DNA of 64,000 bases from a virus (IMGVR_UViG_3300028920_000037:1-64000), one strand, 5' to 3'; counted from the first letter of the stretch, positions 1 to 9,895 are shown. Numbers and translations: made by a program. The notes: generated by a model from the sequence alone, not told the origin.

Positions 1-1
1 G

Positions 2-706
2 AACATCCTCAATATGACAGATAAAGAGATCAGAGAGAATGCAGCAGGCGGCGGCGGAGGCGCTGGTGGAGGAGGCGGGGGAGGTAGCCTTGCTGGTGAC
101 CTCGGCGGTGGAGAAGATATCTTTGGCGGCGGCGACGAAAGCGGAGGAGACTTTGATCTTGGGGGTGACCTTGGCGGAGACGAAGCGGGCGGTGAAGAGG
201 ACACCACAGGAGGCGAAGAAGACGAAGAAGATCTCACTGCAGCTGATGATCATGATGAGGACGAAAACAACAATAGGATCCTTACGTCAGGAGACGACCA
301 AGGAAAGTCAGAACGACTACCTGTCAAGCCCAGCGCTCGAACTACGCACAATAGAAAGGTTCGATACGCTAAGAGCGGTCATACAGACGTTGGATTGGTT
401 GATTTTGCAAAGATGCTAAAACCAGATACGCTTGGTAGCGTCTATGATAGCGACTTCTTTAGGGTGTTTGGTAAGAATAGCGTCAGCGAAAGTGATGATC
501 GTACAACAAAAACAACGCTTGTCATGTCGCCAGATATTGTCTCGATGCTCGAGCGCATGAGGATCAAGGTTGGCATCAAGTCCAAGGGTTCTGTTTCGTC
601 TGGAAGCATCATCTCTGAAGGAATCGATGTCCAAGATGAGATCGATGTTACGCATACCGACGTCATCGACGGGCTAGATATTGATGATTGGAGAGAACAG
701 AAATGA
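2..706 (+). CDS. Portal protein (T4 gp20-like), C-terminal part with long Gly/acidic tail; 5'-truncated by window
   Basis: Frame open from window start; NILNMTDKEI resembles the gp20 C-terminal ILxMTDEEI motif; upstream of protease, scaffold and MCP. Confidence 0.7.
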   Translation, partial: NILNMTDKEIRENAAGGGGGAGGGGGGGSLAGDLGGGEDIFGGGDESGGDFDLGGDLGGDEAGGEEDTTGGEEDEEDLTAADDHDEDENNNRILTSGDDQGKSERLPVKPSARTTHNRKVRYAKSGHTDVGLVDFAKMLKPDTLGSVYDSDFFRVFGKNSVSESDDRTTKTTLVMSPDIVSMLERMRIKVGIKSKGSVSSGSIISEGIDVQDEIDVTHTDVIDGLDIDDWREQK

Positions 707-1539
707 GCTCGCGAACCCACAACAAGAAGCGAAACGTGATCTTGGTGTACGAGTTCCTGATTCGAGCCATCTCGAAGGCGCTGATGGAAGACGACAAGCG
801 TCGTCAGGCCGCGGCGCTGAAGGTCATCAGGAGGAACTTCAAGCCAGGAACTGAACTCTACAAGGAGTTTAGGCTTGCAAATGCGATGTACACGTCGACG
901 GTCTCAACTTCTTCGGTCGCCTCATCGATCATGAGTGAGGCAAAGACCGCTGTGAGGGACATCGATGAGCGGAAGTTGAATCGAGAAAAATCGATCCTCA
1001 TCCGTGAGATCAACTATTCACTTGGACAGGACGTTTACGACGAACCGATTCCAGACTATACAATTCTGGCAACAATCCAGACGTTATTCAACGAGTGGCG
1101 TCGTACTTCTGACCTCGGTCGCCTTGCGGAATACGAAGACAAAGTGAATAGGTGGTTGGTCACTGAGAAGACGCGAGAGGAGACGCCCATTTCCGATCTA
1201 GATCCAGGCACGTCGCGTCTGATGACGAGCATCATCTCTCGCAAGCTCAACGAGAAGTACGCCGATAAGCTTACGTCAGAGCAGAAAGAGATCATCAGGA
1301 TCTATGCACTCAGTGAGGCGGCTGGAGCGGATACAAGGATCGAGGCGTTCCTCTCTGATATCAAGGAACGCCTCGAAATCCAGCTCGCTCATACAGATTC
1401 GAATGGAAAGCAGATCGATGAGATCAAGCAGATGCTTCTTGATGAGAACCTTGAGACCGTCGACGATGACACGATTACGAGGTTTATGCTGTACGTAAAG
1501 CTCGGTTCAGAGCTGACAGGAGGGAAGAATGTCCAATAA
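703..1539 (+). CDS. Hypothetical head-module protein
   Basis: ATGA overlap with portal stop (ATG 703); helical 278-aa ORF between portal and protease. Confidence 0.6.
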   Translation: MSSRTHNKKRNVILVYEFLIRAISKALMEDDKRRQAAALKVIRRNFKPGTELYKEFRLANAMYTSTVSTSSVASSIMSEAKTAVRDIDERKLNREKSILIREINYSLGQDVYDEPIPDYTILATIQTLFNEWRRTSDLGRLAEYEDKVNRWLVTEKTREETPISDLDPGTSRLMTSIISRKLNEKYADKLTSEQKEIIRIYALSEAAGADTRIEAFLSDIKERLEIQLAHTDSNGKQIDEIKQMLLDENLETVDDDTITRFMLYVKLGSELTGGKNVQ

Positions 1540-2182
1540 ACGCCTCCTGAGGTCATGGCCGACATTTGAAGAACCACCCAGGCGTATCAGCGAAGCTGCA
1601 AACGTATCGAAGGAAAAGGGACGTATCGTCCTGACAGGTATCCTTCAAAAGGCAGATACGTTGAATCAGAACGGTCGCATCTATCCGTGTTCGGTGTTGA
1701 GCAGAGAAGTTGAGAACTATCAGAAGTACATCCTTGAACGTCGTGCTACTGGAGAGCTTGATCATCCCGATTCTTCTGTCGTCAGTCTGAAGAACGCCAG
1801 TCACAACATCATCGAAGCTTGGATGGAAGGCAACGTTGTCTATGGTCGTGCCATGCTGCTGAATACGCCGTCCGGAAGGATCCTGCAAAATCTGCATGAG
1901 GACGGAATTAAGCTGGGCATCTCCTCGCGAGGTGTCGGTTCGACTGAGCGTGACGGTGACTACTACATTGTTCAGGACGATTTCCAACTGATCTGTTGGG
2001 ATTTTGTCAGCGAACCTTCAACGCCGGGTGCGTTCATGCTCCCGGAGCACGCAGCGTTCATGCCTGAGGGTATGGAAATCAAGGGAGAGATGACAATTGC
2101 TGAGCGCGTTCGAGAATCACGCGCGCCAGTAGATACGATAGATGCAATTGTGTCAGACCTTCTTTCAATGAGGAACAGGTGA
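1529..2182 (+). CDS. Prohead core protease (T4 gp21-like)
   Basis: Motifs NQNGRIYP, GELDHP, LGISSRGVGS, WDFVSEPSTPGA. Confidence 0.93.
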   Translation: MSNKRLLRSWPTFEEPPRRISEAANVSKEKGRIVLTGILQKADTLNQNGRIYPCSVLSREVENYQKYILERRATGELDHPDSSVVSLKNASHNIIEAWMEGNVVYGRAMLLNTPSGRILQNLHEDGIKLGISSRGVGSTERDGDYYIVQDDFQLICWDFVSEPSTPGAFMLPEHAAFMPEGMEIKGEMTIAERVRESRAPVDTIDAIVSDLLSMRNR

Positions 2183-2186
2183 AGAA

Positions 2187-2537
2187 ATGCCGCTAGGTAA
2201 CCCAAGTGAAGGATTCCAGAACGCTCAGGCGTACCAGGCACCTGGGCTTCCGTTCGTTCGTACGACATCGTCGCAGGAGCAGATCAAGTTTCCAAACGTA
2301 TCACGATCGATCCACGTCACCGCAGACGGTGGAGACGTTGCGGTGTACTTCGCAGAAAATGCGCCAGCCACTCGTCAGTTCACAGTGAAGTCGGGTACGA
2401 CGATAGAGCTATCTGTACGTGTGAAGGACCTATGGGTGAACCCTGCGTCTGCTGTGAGCGTGTTTGCAGCGCTAACGACAATTCCCAGAGATGCTATGCC
2501 TGTCTTGACGGGAAGCAACTGGGAAGGTATCGAGTGA
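2187..2537 (+). CDS. Hypothetical small beta-rich protein
   Basis: 116-aa ORF, AGGTGA RBS, operon context. Confidence 0.6.
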   Translation: MPLGNPSEGFQNAQAYQAPGLPFVRTTSSQEQIKFPNVSRSIHVTADGGDVAVYFAENAPATRQFTVKSGTTIELSVRVKDLWVNPASAVSVFAALTTIPRDAMPVLTGSNWEGIE

Positions 2538-3037
2538 TCGTCAAACATCCATCGAAGGTGCTCGAACGTACGTGCAAGGAAGTTTTTGATTTTAATATGG
2601 CTTGGCCTATTGGTGAGGTCATGCTTGGTGCCTTGTTTGATTCGAAGGATGCTGTAGGCCTTGCGGCACCGCAGCTGAACCATTCCATACGAGTGATTGT
2701 TGTTGATCCATTTCCGAAGTTCAAGGATGGGAAGAGGATTGCAAGTGAATCAACAAGGATCATGGTAAATCCTCGTGTGATGTTTGAGTCCGTCGAACGA
2801 GACGTTGCGCTCGAGGGATGTCTTTCTTTCCCTGGACTGCAAATTCCAGTCGATCGCCCGAGAGATGTTACAATAGAGTACATGTTTAGCGATGGAGACA
2901 CCTGTAAAGAGCTATTGAACGGATGGCATGCTCGTGTTGTGCAACACGAAATAGATCATCTTGACGGCGTGACGATTCTTAGCAAGGCAAACAGGCAGCT
3001 TCGTCGGTCGTATACGAAGAAGATGAGGGCACGATGA
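2534..3037 (+). CDS. def: Peptide deformylase
   Basis: GLAAPQ, EGCLS and HEIDH motifs; probable GTG start at 2534 overlapping upstream stop. Confidence 0.93.
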   Translation: MIVKHPSKVLERTCKEVFDFNMAWPIGEVMLGALFDSKDAVGLAAPQLNHSIRVIVVDPFPKFKDGKRIASESTRIMVNPRVMFESVERDVALEGCLSFPGLQIPVDRPRDVTIEYMFSDGDTCKELLNGWHARVVQHEIDHLDGVTILSKANRQLRRSYTKKMRAR

Positions 3038-3483
3038 AGGTTACGAAGCAGCAGCTCAAGGCACTGATCAAGGAGTGTCTCGTTGAGATCCTTGTTGAAG
3101 GAATCGAAAAGTCGCATGCTGATGTTGTTGCTGAGGCAGCCGAACGTTCTCGAACTGTGTCTCAACGTCCTCGACAATCGCAACAGCAACCGCGTGGCCT
3201 GCAACCGAGACCTGCGCTACACGCTGCTGTCAATGAGGTTGCAGGCCACGACAATACGTTGAGAGGGATCCTGACTGACACGGTTGTCACAACGATGCCT
3301 GCACAGTATGCCGCCGAAGGTCCCATGGCAATGTCAGGTGCTGCAGCGTTAGTTGAGTCGACAGATTCAGCCACACCAGTTGAGGATGGCAACAGCGCAT
3401 GGGCTGACATGGCATTCAATACATCCCGTCCTGATCCAACGAAGATTCTTGCATTGGGATTCAATCCGTCGTCGCAGGCGTGA
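3034..3483 (+). CDS. Hypothetical, probable prohead/core protein
   Basis: N-terminus MKVTKQQLKALIKECLVEIL; head operon. Confidence 0.6.
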   Translation: MKVTKQQLKALIKECLVEILVEGIEKSHADVVAEAAERSRTVSQRPRQSQQQPRGLQPRPALHAAVNEVAGHDNTLRGILTDTVVTTMPAQYAAEGPMAMSGAAALVESTDSATPVEDGNSAWADMAFNTSRPDPTKILALGFNPSSQA

Positions 3484-3525
3484 CTAGCCGCTAGCGTAAA
3501 TCGGCGTAATCTCTGTGAGTGTACC

Positions 3526-3531
3526 TATTTA
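3526..3531 (+). promoter_or_regulatory. Putative late promoter motif TATTTA
   Basis: Instance of the recurrent intergenic TAnTTA motif upstream of structural genes. Confidence 0.55.
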
Positions 3532-3561
3532 CTTGTAGCACACCCGCAGGGAGACGTACAA

Positions 3562-3861
3562 ATGATCAAGAAGATCCGCTTGGATGCCAAGGCGCTTCGC
3601 GCACTAGTTCTTGACGAAGCCAAGAAGTTCAGCAAGATGAAGGATGTTGATTCCGTTTCAGCAAAGGAAGTCGACGCTGACGAGCTTGCTAATACCTTGG
3701 AGAAGAAGCACGACTTCACGATGGAGGAGGCAAAGGATGCCGCCGTAGCCATCATTGAAGCTCGCCGGCTTAAGGAAGAGGAAGTGAAGCTCATCCAACG
3801 TATCAAGAAGGTTCGCACAAAGCGAGCAGAGATCGGTCGAAAGTTGGGAAGCATCCTGTAA
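3562..3861 (+). CDS. Hypothetical small head-module protein
   Basis: GGGAG RBS; N-terminus KIRLDAKALRALVLDE resembles that of 39314..39670. Confidence 0.65.
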   Translation: MIKKIRLDAKALRALVLDEAKKFSKMKDVDSVSAKEVDADELANTLEKKHDFTMEEAKDAAVAIIEARRLKEEEVKLIQRIKKVRTKRAEIGRKLGSIL

Positions 3862-3871
3862 GGAGTAACAG

Positions 3872-4501
3872 ATGCCCGGACAAGGTAAGTACACAGCCTA
3901 TTACGATCAGGCGTTCACTGGAAACGAAGACAAGAAGACCAAACTAGAGGAGATCTACGCAAAGGGAGTTTTCACTGAGGGAGGACCATACAACCAGTCA
4001 GACGTGATCGAGACTGGAAACGAGCGTATCCTTGCGATCGGTGATGCTGAGTCTGGGACAGGGTTTCTGCAGAAGGGTGACGCCGGCATGTTTCCAGATG
4101 GCGTTTATATGGACTTCAGGGGTTCTCCAAACAACCCCGACGAAGCAGACATCTCGACTGTTGGGTGGAAGAAAGCGGGTGATCCGCTCAACGCGTACAC
4201 TCCAGACGTTCGTTCGCCTGGTCCGGCACCAGGTGTCGACCTGTCGAGTACAGACACAAGCACCATTTCCGTTAACGCAGATGCGTCCGGTGGAGACTCA
4301 CGTGATGAGGCGCCTGGCGACCTTTCAAATGTTGAGGTTCTTAACCCGAACTACGATCCTGCGGAATCTGACGCTGAGAAGTACGACAACAAGGGAACGA
4401 GGAACCCGATCCACACAGGTCGCAAGATTCATGAGGTCGCAGCTGTTTCTGTTGACAGGCCGTTGAAGCTTGGAGACTCGATGCACCACGCAGATGAGTG
4501 A
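3872..4501 (+). CDS. Hypothetical virion protein
   Basis: AAGGAG RBS; 209-aa Pro/Gly/Asp-rich ORF in head operon. Confidence 0.6.
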   Translation: MPGQGKYTAYYDQAFTGNEDKKTKLEEIYAKGVFTEGGPYNQSDVIETGNERILAIGDAESGTGFLQKGDAGMFPDGVYMDFRGSPNNPDEADISTVGWKKAGDPLNAYTPDVRSPGPAPGVDLSSTDTSTISVNADASGGDSRDEAPGDLSNVEVLNPNYDPAESDAEKYDNKGTRNPIHTGRKIHEVAAVSVDRPLKLGDSMHHADE

Positions 4502-4521
4502 TCGTGTGCGATTGCGTCATA

Positions 4522-4527
4522 TAGTTA
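4522..4527 (+). promoter_or_regulatory. Putative late promoter motif TAGTTA
   Basis: Recurrent motif, 21 nt before the scaffold ATG. Confidence 0.55.
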
Positions 4528-4548
4528 GTCTCTAGGAGAACTACGAGG

Positions 4549-6435
4549 ATGCCAACGACTAAGGAGCTGTACACAGAGGCGCTTGCAGACGCTCGCAAGG
4601 TTCGTGAGGTCGCTGTCAAAGATGCTCAGATGTCTGTACTTGAGGCGCTGACGCCTCGGATTAGGAACCTTGTTGAAGAACAGCTCCTCGGTGAAGAGTC
4701 TGTTGAAGGACCGCCTCGTATCCCACCGGGTGAAGAGACAGATGCTGAGACATCTGCTGACCAGGGACCCGGCACTGGGGCTGCTATGGGCGACGTAGCG
4801 GTCGTTGCTACTGCACCTGTAGGTCCTGTTTCATCGGGTGAAGAGTCCCCGTGTTGTGCCGATGAAGGCATGGTTGGCGTCTCCGATCCAGTAGCTGCCA
4901 TCATCAGGCAGTTTGAACTGAACATCGAAGGGATTGCTGCCCTTCAGCCGCTCCTTGAGGCAACGAGAGAGGGTGGAACGAAGGAAATCGAGCTTGCAAT
5001 GTACAAGCTTGCTGAGGAAATAGGCCGTTTAAGGAAGGCAAATGCCGACCTCCTGCACACAGCAGCATTTGGTCGAAAAATCACTCAGATGATTTCTGGA
5101 ATGGAGAATATGTATGACTACGTGCAGGAGGTAGTTTCCGATCCTGCACTCAAGACTTCTCTGTCAGAGAAGCTTGAAACCCACTACCAGGAACTGAAGA
5201 CACTCCGAGAGGGTACGATGAAGAACCGAAATCGCAATCGCAAGTTGAATGAAGACGCCGAACTCGACGCGGTCGGTGGTTCTGAGGAAGGCGCCGGCGA
5301 AGAGACGAAGACTGTTTCTTTGAACGTTGATGTGCCCGTGGATTTGGCTGATGAGCTCGTTGATAGTCTTAGTGACATTGAAATCGAACTCGATGATGAA
5401 GGCGGCGATGACCTCGGTGGCGAAGACGACCTCGGTGGCGATGACCTCGGTGGTGGAGAAGATGATGTCCTCGACGTTGGTGGCGGAGAGGGTGAAGAGG
5501 AGGATGAATTGCAGCTCAACTCAGTACAACTTTCTGACGATACGATCGTCGAGATCGATGAGAATATGCTGCGCCGCGAGCTGAGCAGGGAGCGCAAACG
5601 CCTTAGCGAGGAGGGCTTCCCAACGCCTTCGGCAGACGGTGCAGGCGTCGATTCGGCCGCGATGGATGACTTCGGCGGTGGAGCAGACGAAGGTGAACCC
5701 TTCTCTGATCTGGATGTCGAAGCTGACTGGCCTGGCGCACGAAACGCATCGGCAACGACAGAGTCGACCCGCGCAGATCATGATTCGACACAGTCGATGA
5801 CTGAGATGGACGAGCCTCCTGTCGCTGAAGGTGAAGGCATGGAAGACGAAGGCGCGACCTGCGAGAGTCTCGAGAAGAAGCTCGCCTACGAATTCCGAGT
5901 CCAGAAAGCAGCCAAGTCGAAGGGTGCAGAGCTTAAGCGCGAAGGTGCCAAGGCACGCAATGCTCGAAACACCAAGGCGTTCCAGGCCGTGAAGGCAAGG
6001 TACGTTGCGGAAGCGAAGCGCTATAGGGAAAGCGTTGAGCGTGCAAAGCAAATTAAGGCCAGCCTCACTGAGGCCAAGGCAAGGGGCCGCTCGAATAGCG
6101 GTTCGAACGCGGACGGAGACATCCGCAAGAAGTTGGCAGAATCGAATCTGAACAACGTGAAGCTGCAGTATGCAAACAAGCTCCTGCAGACTCAACTCCC
6201 GAACGCAAAGAAGCTGCAGATCGTCGAGCAGCTCGATGAGGCTAAGTCTCCTCGCGAGGCAAAGCTGATCTTCGAGAGCTCAGTGAAGCTGCTTGGTTCG
6301 GGTGAAAAGCCGAACAACCAGCGCCAGGGTGCCGGCACGGCATCGAGGGCGACGCGCTCCGGCAGCGCATCACAGACGACCCTTAATGAGGGTTTCGAGA
6401 TCAACCGCTGGTCACGACTCGCGGGGATCAAGTAA
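4549..6435 (+). CDS. Prohead scaffolding protein
   Basis: Immediately upstream of MCP; acidic/coiled-coil; several LxE sites; C-terminal RWSRLAGIK. Confidence 0.8.
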   Translation: MPTTKELYTEALADARKVREVAVKDAQMSVLEALTPRIRNLVEEQLLGEESVEGPPRIPPGEETDAETSADQGPGTGAAMGDVAVVATAPVGPVSSGEESPCCADEGMVGVSDPVAAIIRQFELNIEGIAALQPLLEATREGGTKEIELAMYKLAEEIGRLRKANADLLHTAAFGRKITQMISGMENMYDYVQEVVSDPALKTSLSEKLETHYQELKTLREGTMKNRNRNRKLNEDAELDAVGGSEEGAGEETKTVSLNVDVPVDLADELVDSLSDIEIELDDEGGDDLGGEDDLGGDDLGGGEDDVLDVGGGEGEEEDELQLNSVQLSDDTIVEIDENMLRRELSRERKRLSEEGFPTPSADGAGVDSAAMDDFGGGADEGEPFSDLDVEADWPGARNASATTESTRADHDSTQSMTEMDEPPVAEGEGMEDEGATCESLEKKLAYEFRVQKAAKSKGAELKREGAKARNARNTKAFQAVKARYVAEAKRYRESVERAKQIKASLTEAKARGRSNSGSNADGDIRKKLAESNLNNVKLQYANKLLQTQLPNAKKLQIVEQLDEAKSPREAKLIFESSVKLLGSGEKPNNQRQGAGTASRATRSGSASQTTLNEGFEINRWSRLAGIK

Positions 6436-6462
6436 CGATTCTGACCAATCACGGAGAAACAA

Positions 6463-8355
6463 ATGTCCAAGTACTTTACTCTAGAGCAGCTTAGCGAAGG
6501 CGTCATGGAGAGGCACGTCGGTGCCGAACGCTCCCGCCTCGTTGAGAAGTGGAGCCGTACGGGTCTCCTGCGAGGCCTCGAAGGCAAGCGTCGTGAAAGC
6601 ATGGCGCAGCTCCTCGAGAACCAGGCTGTCCAGGTCCTCAAGGAAAGCAACGCACTGTCGACTGGTGGAGCAGGCCTGACGTCGTCCGGCCAGATCCAGG
6701 GCTTCAGCAACATCGCATTCCCGATCGTCCGCCGAGTGTTCGGTGGCCTTGTCGCGAACGAACTGGTTTCAATCCAGCCGATGTCACTGCCTTCGGGCCT
6801 GATCTTCTACATCGACTACACCTACGGGTCAAACGTCGGTGGAGACGCTGGCGTCGACCTTTCGTCATCCTCGACGAATGAGACCTACACTCGTGGCCAG
6901 TCACTGTACAACAACCCAGCAGGTAGGGGAGTCCAGAGTGGTTCTCTTGCGGCGGGTGGTATGTACGACCTCGTCGGCTCGGGTTACTCAAAGGTTCATA
7001 CTGGTTCGACAGCTGTGACAGTCGCCACGACGGCAATCGGTGCATGGACCGGCGCGAATGACACATTCGTTTCCGGAACAACTGTTGCTGCATCGACTGA
7101 CTTCACGGGCTCAAACGCCCAGTACGTCAGCTACGATGGCCAGATTGCAAAGGACCTCGACCTTGGCACTCTCGATCTCACCTACGTCCACCTCGCGGTC
7201 ACGGACCTCGCTTCGGCGATTCCGACGGGCAACGTCCTCGACGTTGACCAGATCGCAGTCACTGGCCTTTCTGTCCCGGGCGGCGCTCAGGCATGGGGAG
7301 AGGCATACCAGGCAGGAACAGGTGTCCTCAACCTGCGTCGTCACAACAAGCGTGGTAACTTCTCTGGTGGTGTTTGGACTCCAAACCCGCTGAACGGTAC
7401 GCACGTTCAGATGGCGCTTCGTCTGTCAAACGGTGGTGGAGCTCCTCAGGTCGGTACGGCAACGGTTTCGATGGCGGTTGCAGATACAGTCCAGACAGGA
7501 GACGCCGTCGGTGCTACGCTGACGATCCCGTCCTTCGAGTCTGACTTTGGCGCGACTCCTTCGCCTTCGATCCCGGACATCGACATCAAGATCGAGACGA
7601 TCTCGATCACTGCAACAACCCGCAAGCTTCGTGCTCGCTGGACGCCGGAACTCGCACAGGACCTCAACGCATACCACAGCACGGATGCAGAGGTTGAGCT
7701 CACCAGCATCCTGTCTGAGCAGGTTGCGCTCGAGATCGACCGTGAGATCCTCCACGAGCTCCTCACGCAGGCCAACGGTGCAAACCTCTACTGGAGCCGC
7801 GCGCCTGGCAAGTTCGTCGATAAGGAGACAGGCAAGCCGATCCGGCTCGCGAACTCGCTGTCCGTGGGTCCTGCATTCACGGGTACGGTTCAGGATTGGT
7901 ACCAGACGCTGGTTGAGACCATCGTCGATGTCGCCAACACGATTCACAGGAAGACCCTCCGCGGCGCAGCCAACTTTGTTGTGACTGGTCCGGACGTCTG
8001 CACGATCCTGGAATCCAGCGTCCTCTACAAGCCGAAGTACACGATCGATGGTGAAGGCCAGGTCGGCAACCCGATGACAATCGGTGCCGAGGCGATCGGT
8101 ACTGTGTCGAATCGCTTCACGGTCTACAAGGACCCGTACTTCCCGCGTAACCGCATCCTTGTCGGTTTCAAGGGTGGAAGCTACCTCGAAACGGGCTTCG
8201 TATACGCACCTTACGTGCCGCTCATCGTCACCCCGACGATCTACGCACCTGAGGACTTCACGCCTCGCAAGGGTGTGATGACCCGCTACGGCAAGAAGAT
8301 GGTCAGGAGCGATTATTATGGGACCGTTACGATTTTGGACATGAACATAATTTGA
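6463..8355 (+). CDS. Major capsid protein (T4 gp23-like)
   Basis: LVEKWS, AQLLENQ, SIQPMSLPSGLIF, RKLRARWTPELAQDLNAYH, YAPYVPL, PRKGVMTRYG. Confidence 0.96.
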   Translation: MSKYFTLEQLSEGVMERHVGAERSRLVEKWSRTGLLRGLEGKRRESMAQLLENQAVQVLKESNALSTGGAGLTSSGQIQGFSNIAFPIVRRVFGGLVANELVSIQPMSLPSGLIFYIDYTYGSNVGGDAGVDLSSSSTNETYTRGQSLYNNPAGRGVQSGSLAAGGMYDLVGSGYSKVHTGSTAVTVATTAIGAWTGANDTFVSGTTVAASTDFTGSNAQYVSYDGQIAKDLDLGTLDLTYVHLAVTDLASAIPTGNVLDVDQIAVTGLSVPGGAQAWGEAYQAGTGVLNLRRHNKRGNFSGGVWTPNPLNGTHVQMALRLSNGGGAPQVGTATVSMAVADTVQTGDAVGATLTIPSFESDFGATPSPSIPDIDIKIETISITATTRKLRARWTPELAQDLNAYHSTDAEVELTSILSEQVALEIDREILHELLTQANGANLYWSRAPGKFVDKETGKPIRLANSLSVGPAFTGTVQDWYQTLVETIVDVANTIHRKTLRGAANFVVTGPDVCTILESSVLYKPKYTIDGEGQVGNPMTIGAEAIGTVSNRFTVYKDPYFPRNRILVGFKGGSYLETGFVYAPYVPLIVTPTIYAPEDFTPRKGVMTRYGKKMVRSDYYGTVTILDMNII

Positions 8356-8381
8356 CATGAATGTCATCTGAACTTTCGCTT

Positions 8382-8421
8382 GAGCGCCCTAGCATGTCTA
8401 GGGCGTTCGCTTTATCTTTTT
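8382..8421 (+). terminator. Rho-independent terminator after MCP
   Basis: GAGCGCCCTAG-catgt-CTAGGGCGTTC followed by T-rich tract. Confidence 0.8.
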
Positions 8422-8423
8422 AA

Positions 8424-8452
8424 TTGTCATTCAACTCTTGAAGTGGTATAAT
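8424..8452 (+). promoter_or_regulatory. Sigma70-type promoter (leaderless) for the downstream endonuclease
   Basis: TTGTCA-N17-TATAAT with TGn extension; ATG 7 nt downstream. Confidence 0.75.
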
Positions 8453-8459
8453 ACAAACC

Positions 8460-9395
8460 ATGCAAGAGGAAACACTTTGTCGCGAGTGTGGACAGGAATT
8501 CGATACATCTGAACAGGTTCGTCGTCACTTAAGAAAACACAAGATGTCCTATAAAGATTACGTGTTGAAGTGGAAGTACGATAACATCAAACCAATTTGC
8601 AAGTGTGGTTGCGGCCAAGAGACGCTTTGGAACATAGCGTTGAAGGATTTTGCTGTTCACGTCCAAGGACATCACGCGTGGGGTTGTAAGAAGTCCGACG
8701 AAGAAAAGCAAAAAATTGGTCGCAAGAACAGCGAAAACATGAAGCGTTATTATGCTGAACATCATGATGAAGCAATGCGAAAAGTTGCGTTAATGAACGC
8801 GGCACATACACCAGAAGTTGAAGCAAAACGTATCAAAGCAACCCGTCGAGCCTACGAGACTATGTCGTTCGAAGACAAGCAGAAGTTTTCAGACAACACA
8901 AAAAAGCTCTGGAGAGAGTCTCGAGAACTCATGGATGCGGCACGTGAAAAAGCTGCTATAACGTTCAAAGAACGTGCTGCAAACGGTGAATATGACCTTG
9001 AAAGTCGTAACAGAAAGATTTCAAAAGCGATAACTCAACTGTACATCGACGGTGGACAAGCATGGGGCACGGGTCACTATACGTCTACAAAAACAGGAAA
9101 GACGATTTATCATCGTTCGTCTTGGGAGCTTCAATATGCTCAGCTGTTGGATGAAGATCCTGATGTACTAACATGGGAGTTTGAATGGGAAGGCATCCCA
9201 TATGAAATTGATGGTGTAATTCATCATTACGTTCCTGATTTTCACGTTGTGATGAATGATAAGTCTCACCTCTTTGTTGAGGTCAAGCCCCAGGCGCTTG
9301 TTGAAACTGATGTAAATGCGGCAAAACGCAATGCAGCACTAAGGGTATGTGAACACCGAGGGTGGAAGTACGTTTCATGGGCTCCTGTTGTATAA
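8460..9395 (+). CDS. Free-standing endonuclease: C2H2 Zn finger + CKCGCG module + TnsA-N-like PD-(D/E)xK domain
   Basis: CRECG..HLRKH, CKCGCG, RSSWE, YVPDF..VEVK; AT-richer than neighbours. Confidence 0.75.
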   Translation: MQEETLCRECGQEFDTSEQVRRHLRKHKMSYKDYVLKWKYDNIKPICKCGCGQETLWNIALKDFAVHVQGHHAWGCKKSDEEKQKIGRKNSENMKRYYAEHHDEAMRKVALMNAAHTPEVEAKRIKATRRAYETMSFEDKQKFSDNTKKLWRESRELMDAAREKAAITFKERAANGEYDLESRNRKISKAITQLYIDGGQAWGTGHYTSTKTGKTIYHRSSWELQYAQLLDEDPDVLTWEFEWEGIPYEIDGVIHHYVPDFHVVMNDKSHLFVEVKPQALVETDVNAAKRNAALRVCEHRGWKYVSWAPVV

Positions 9396-9403
9396 TCCAT
9401 CAC

Positions 9404-9895
9404 ATGTCAAACGTCACGCAGGAAGACAAAGAAAGAAGCAAGCTACTTCAATTGCAGCATGTAATACTCGTCAGGGATTTGATGAACGAAGCCGTGATGG
9501 TCCTGCTTCGCAGAGCCGCGCTTCACGATAAGTCGAAGCTCGAGGAACCTGAGTTGTCCATATTTGCAGAATACGCCGGTCGTCTCAAGGGGCTTACATA
9601 CATGAGCGACGAGTACAGGCAGTGCCTCAAAGAGATGGCACCAGCGCTTGAACACCACTATGCCGCGAACCGACATCATCCTCAACACTTTCCAAACGGG
9701 ATCGATGATATGAACTTGTTTGATCTACTTGAGATGTTCATCGACTGGTACGCATCTACGAAAAGACATGACGATGGAGATATCAACGACAGCATTGACA
9801 AGAACAAGACACGGTTTGAGCTAAGCGACCAGCTTGAACGCATCCTGCGCAACACAATTGTAGAATTCGATCCAAGCGTTGAAGGAGATAGTTAG
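9404..9895 (+). CDS. HD-like metal-binding protein (DUF5662-like)
   Basis: HDKSK, HHYAANRHHPQHF, EMFIDW motifs; ATG 9404 is 7 nt after TATAAT. Confidence 0.65.
   Translation: MSNVTQEDKERSKLLQLQHVILVRDLMNEAVMVLLRRAALHDKSKLEEPELSIFAEYAGRLKGLTYMSDEYRQCLKEMAPALEHHYAANRHHPQHFPNGIDDMNLFDLLEMFIDWYASTKRHDDGDINDSIDKNKTRFELSDQLERILRNTIVEFDPSVEGDS

Noticed and set aside
7426-8367. Long antisense ORFs over MCP, sheath, neck and tape measure genes
   Set aside because: Shadow ORFs from codon bias; no motifs or RBS
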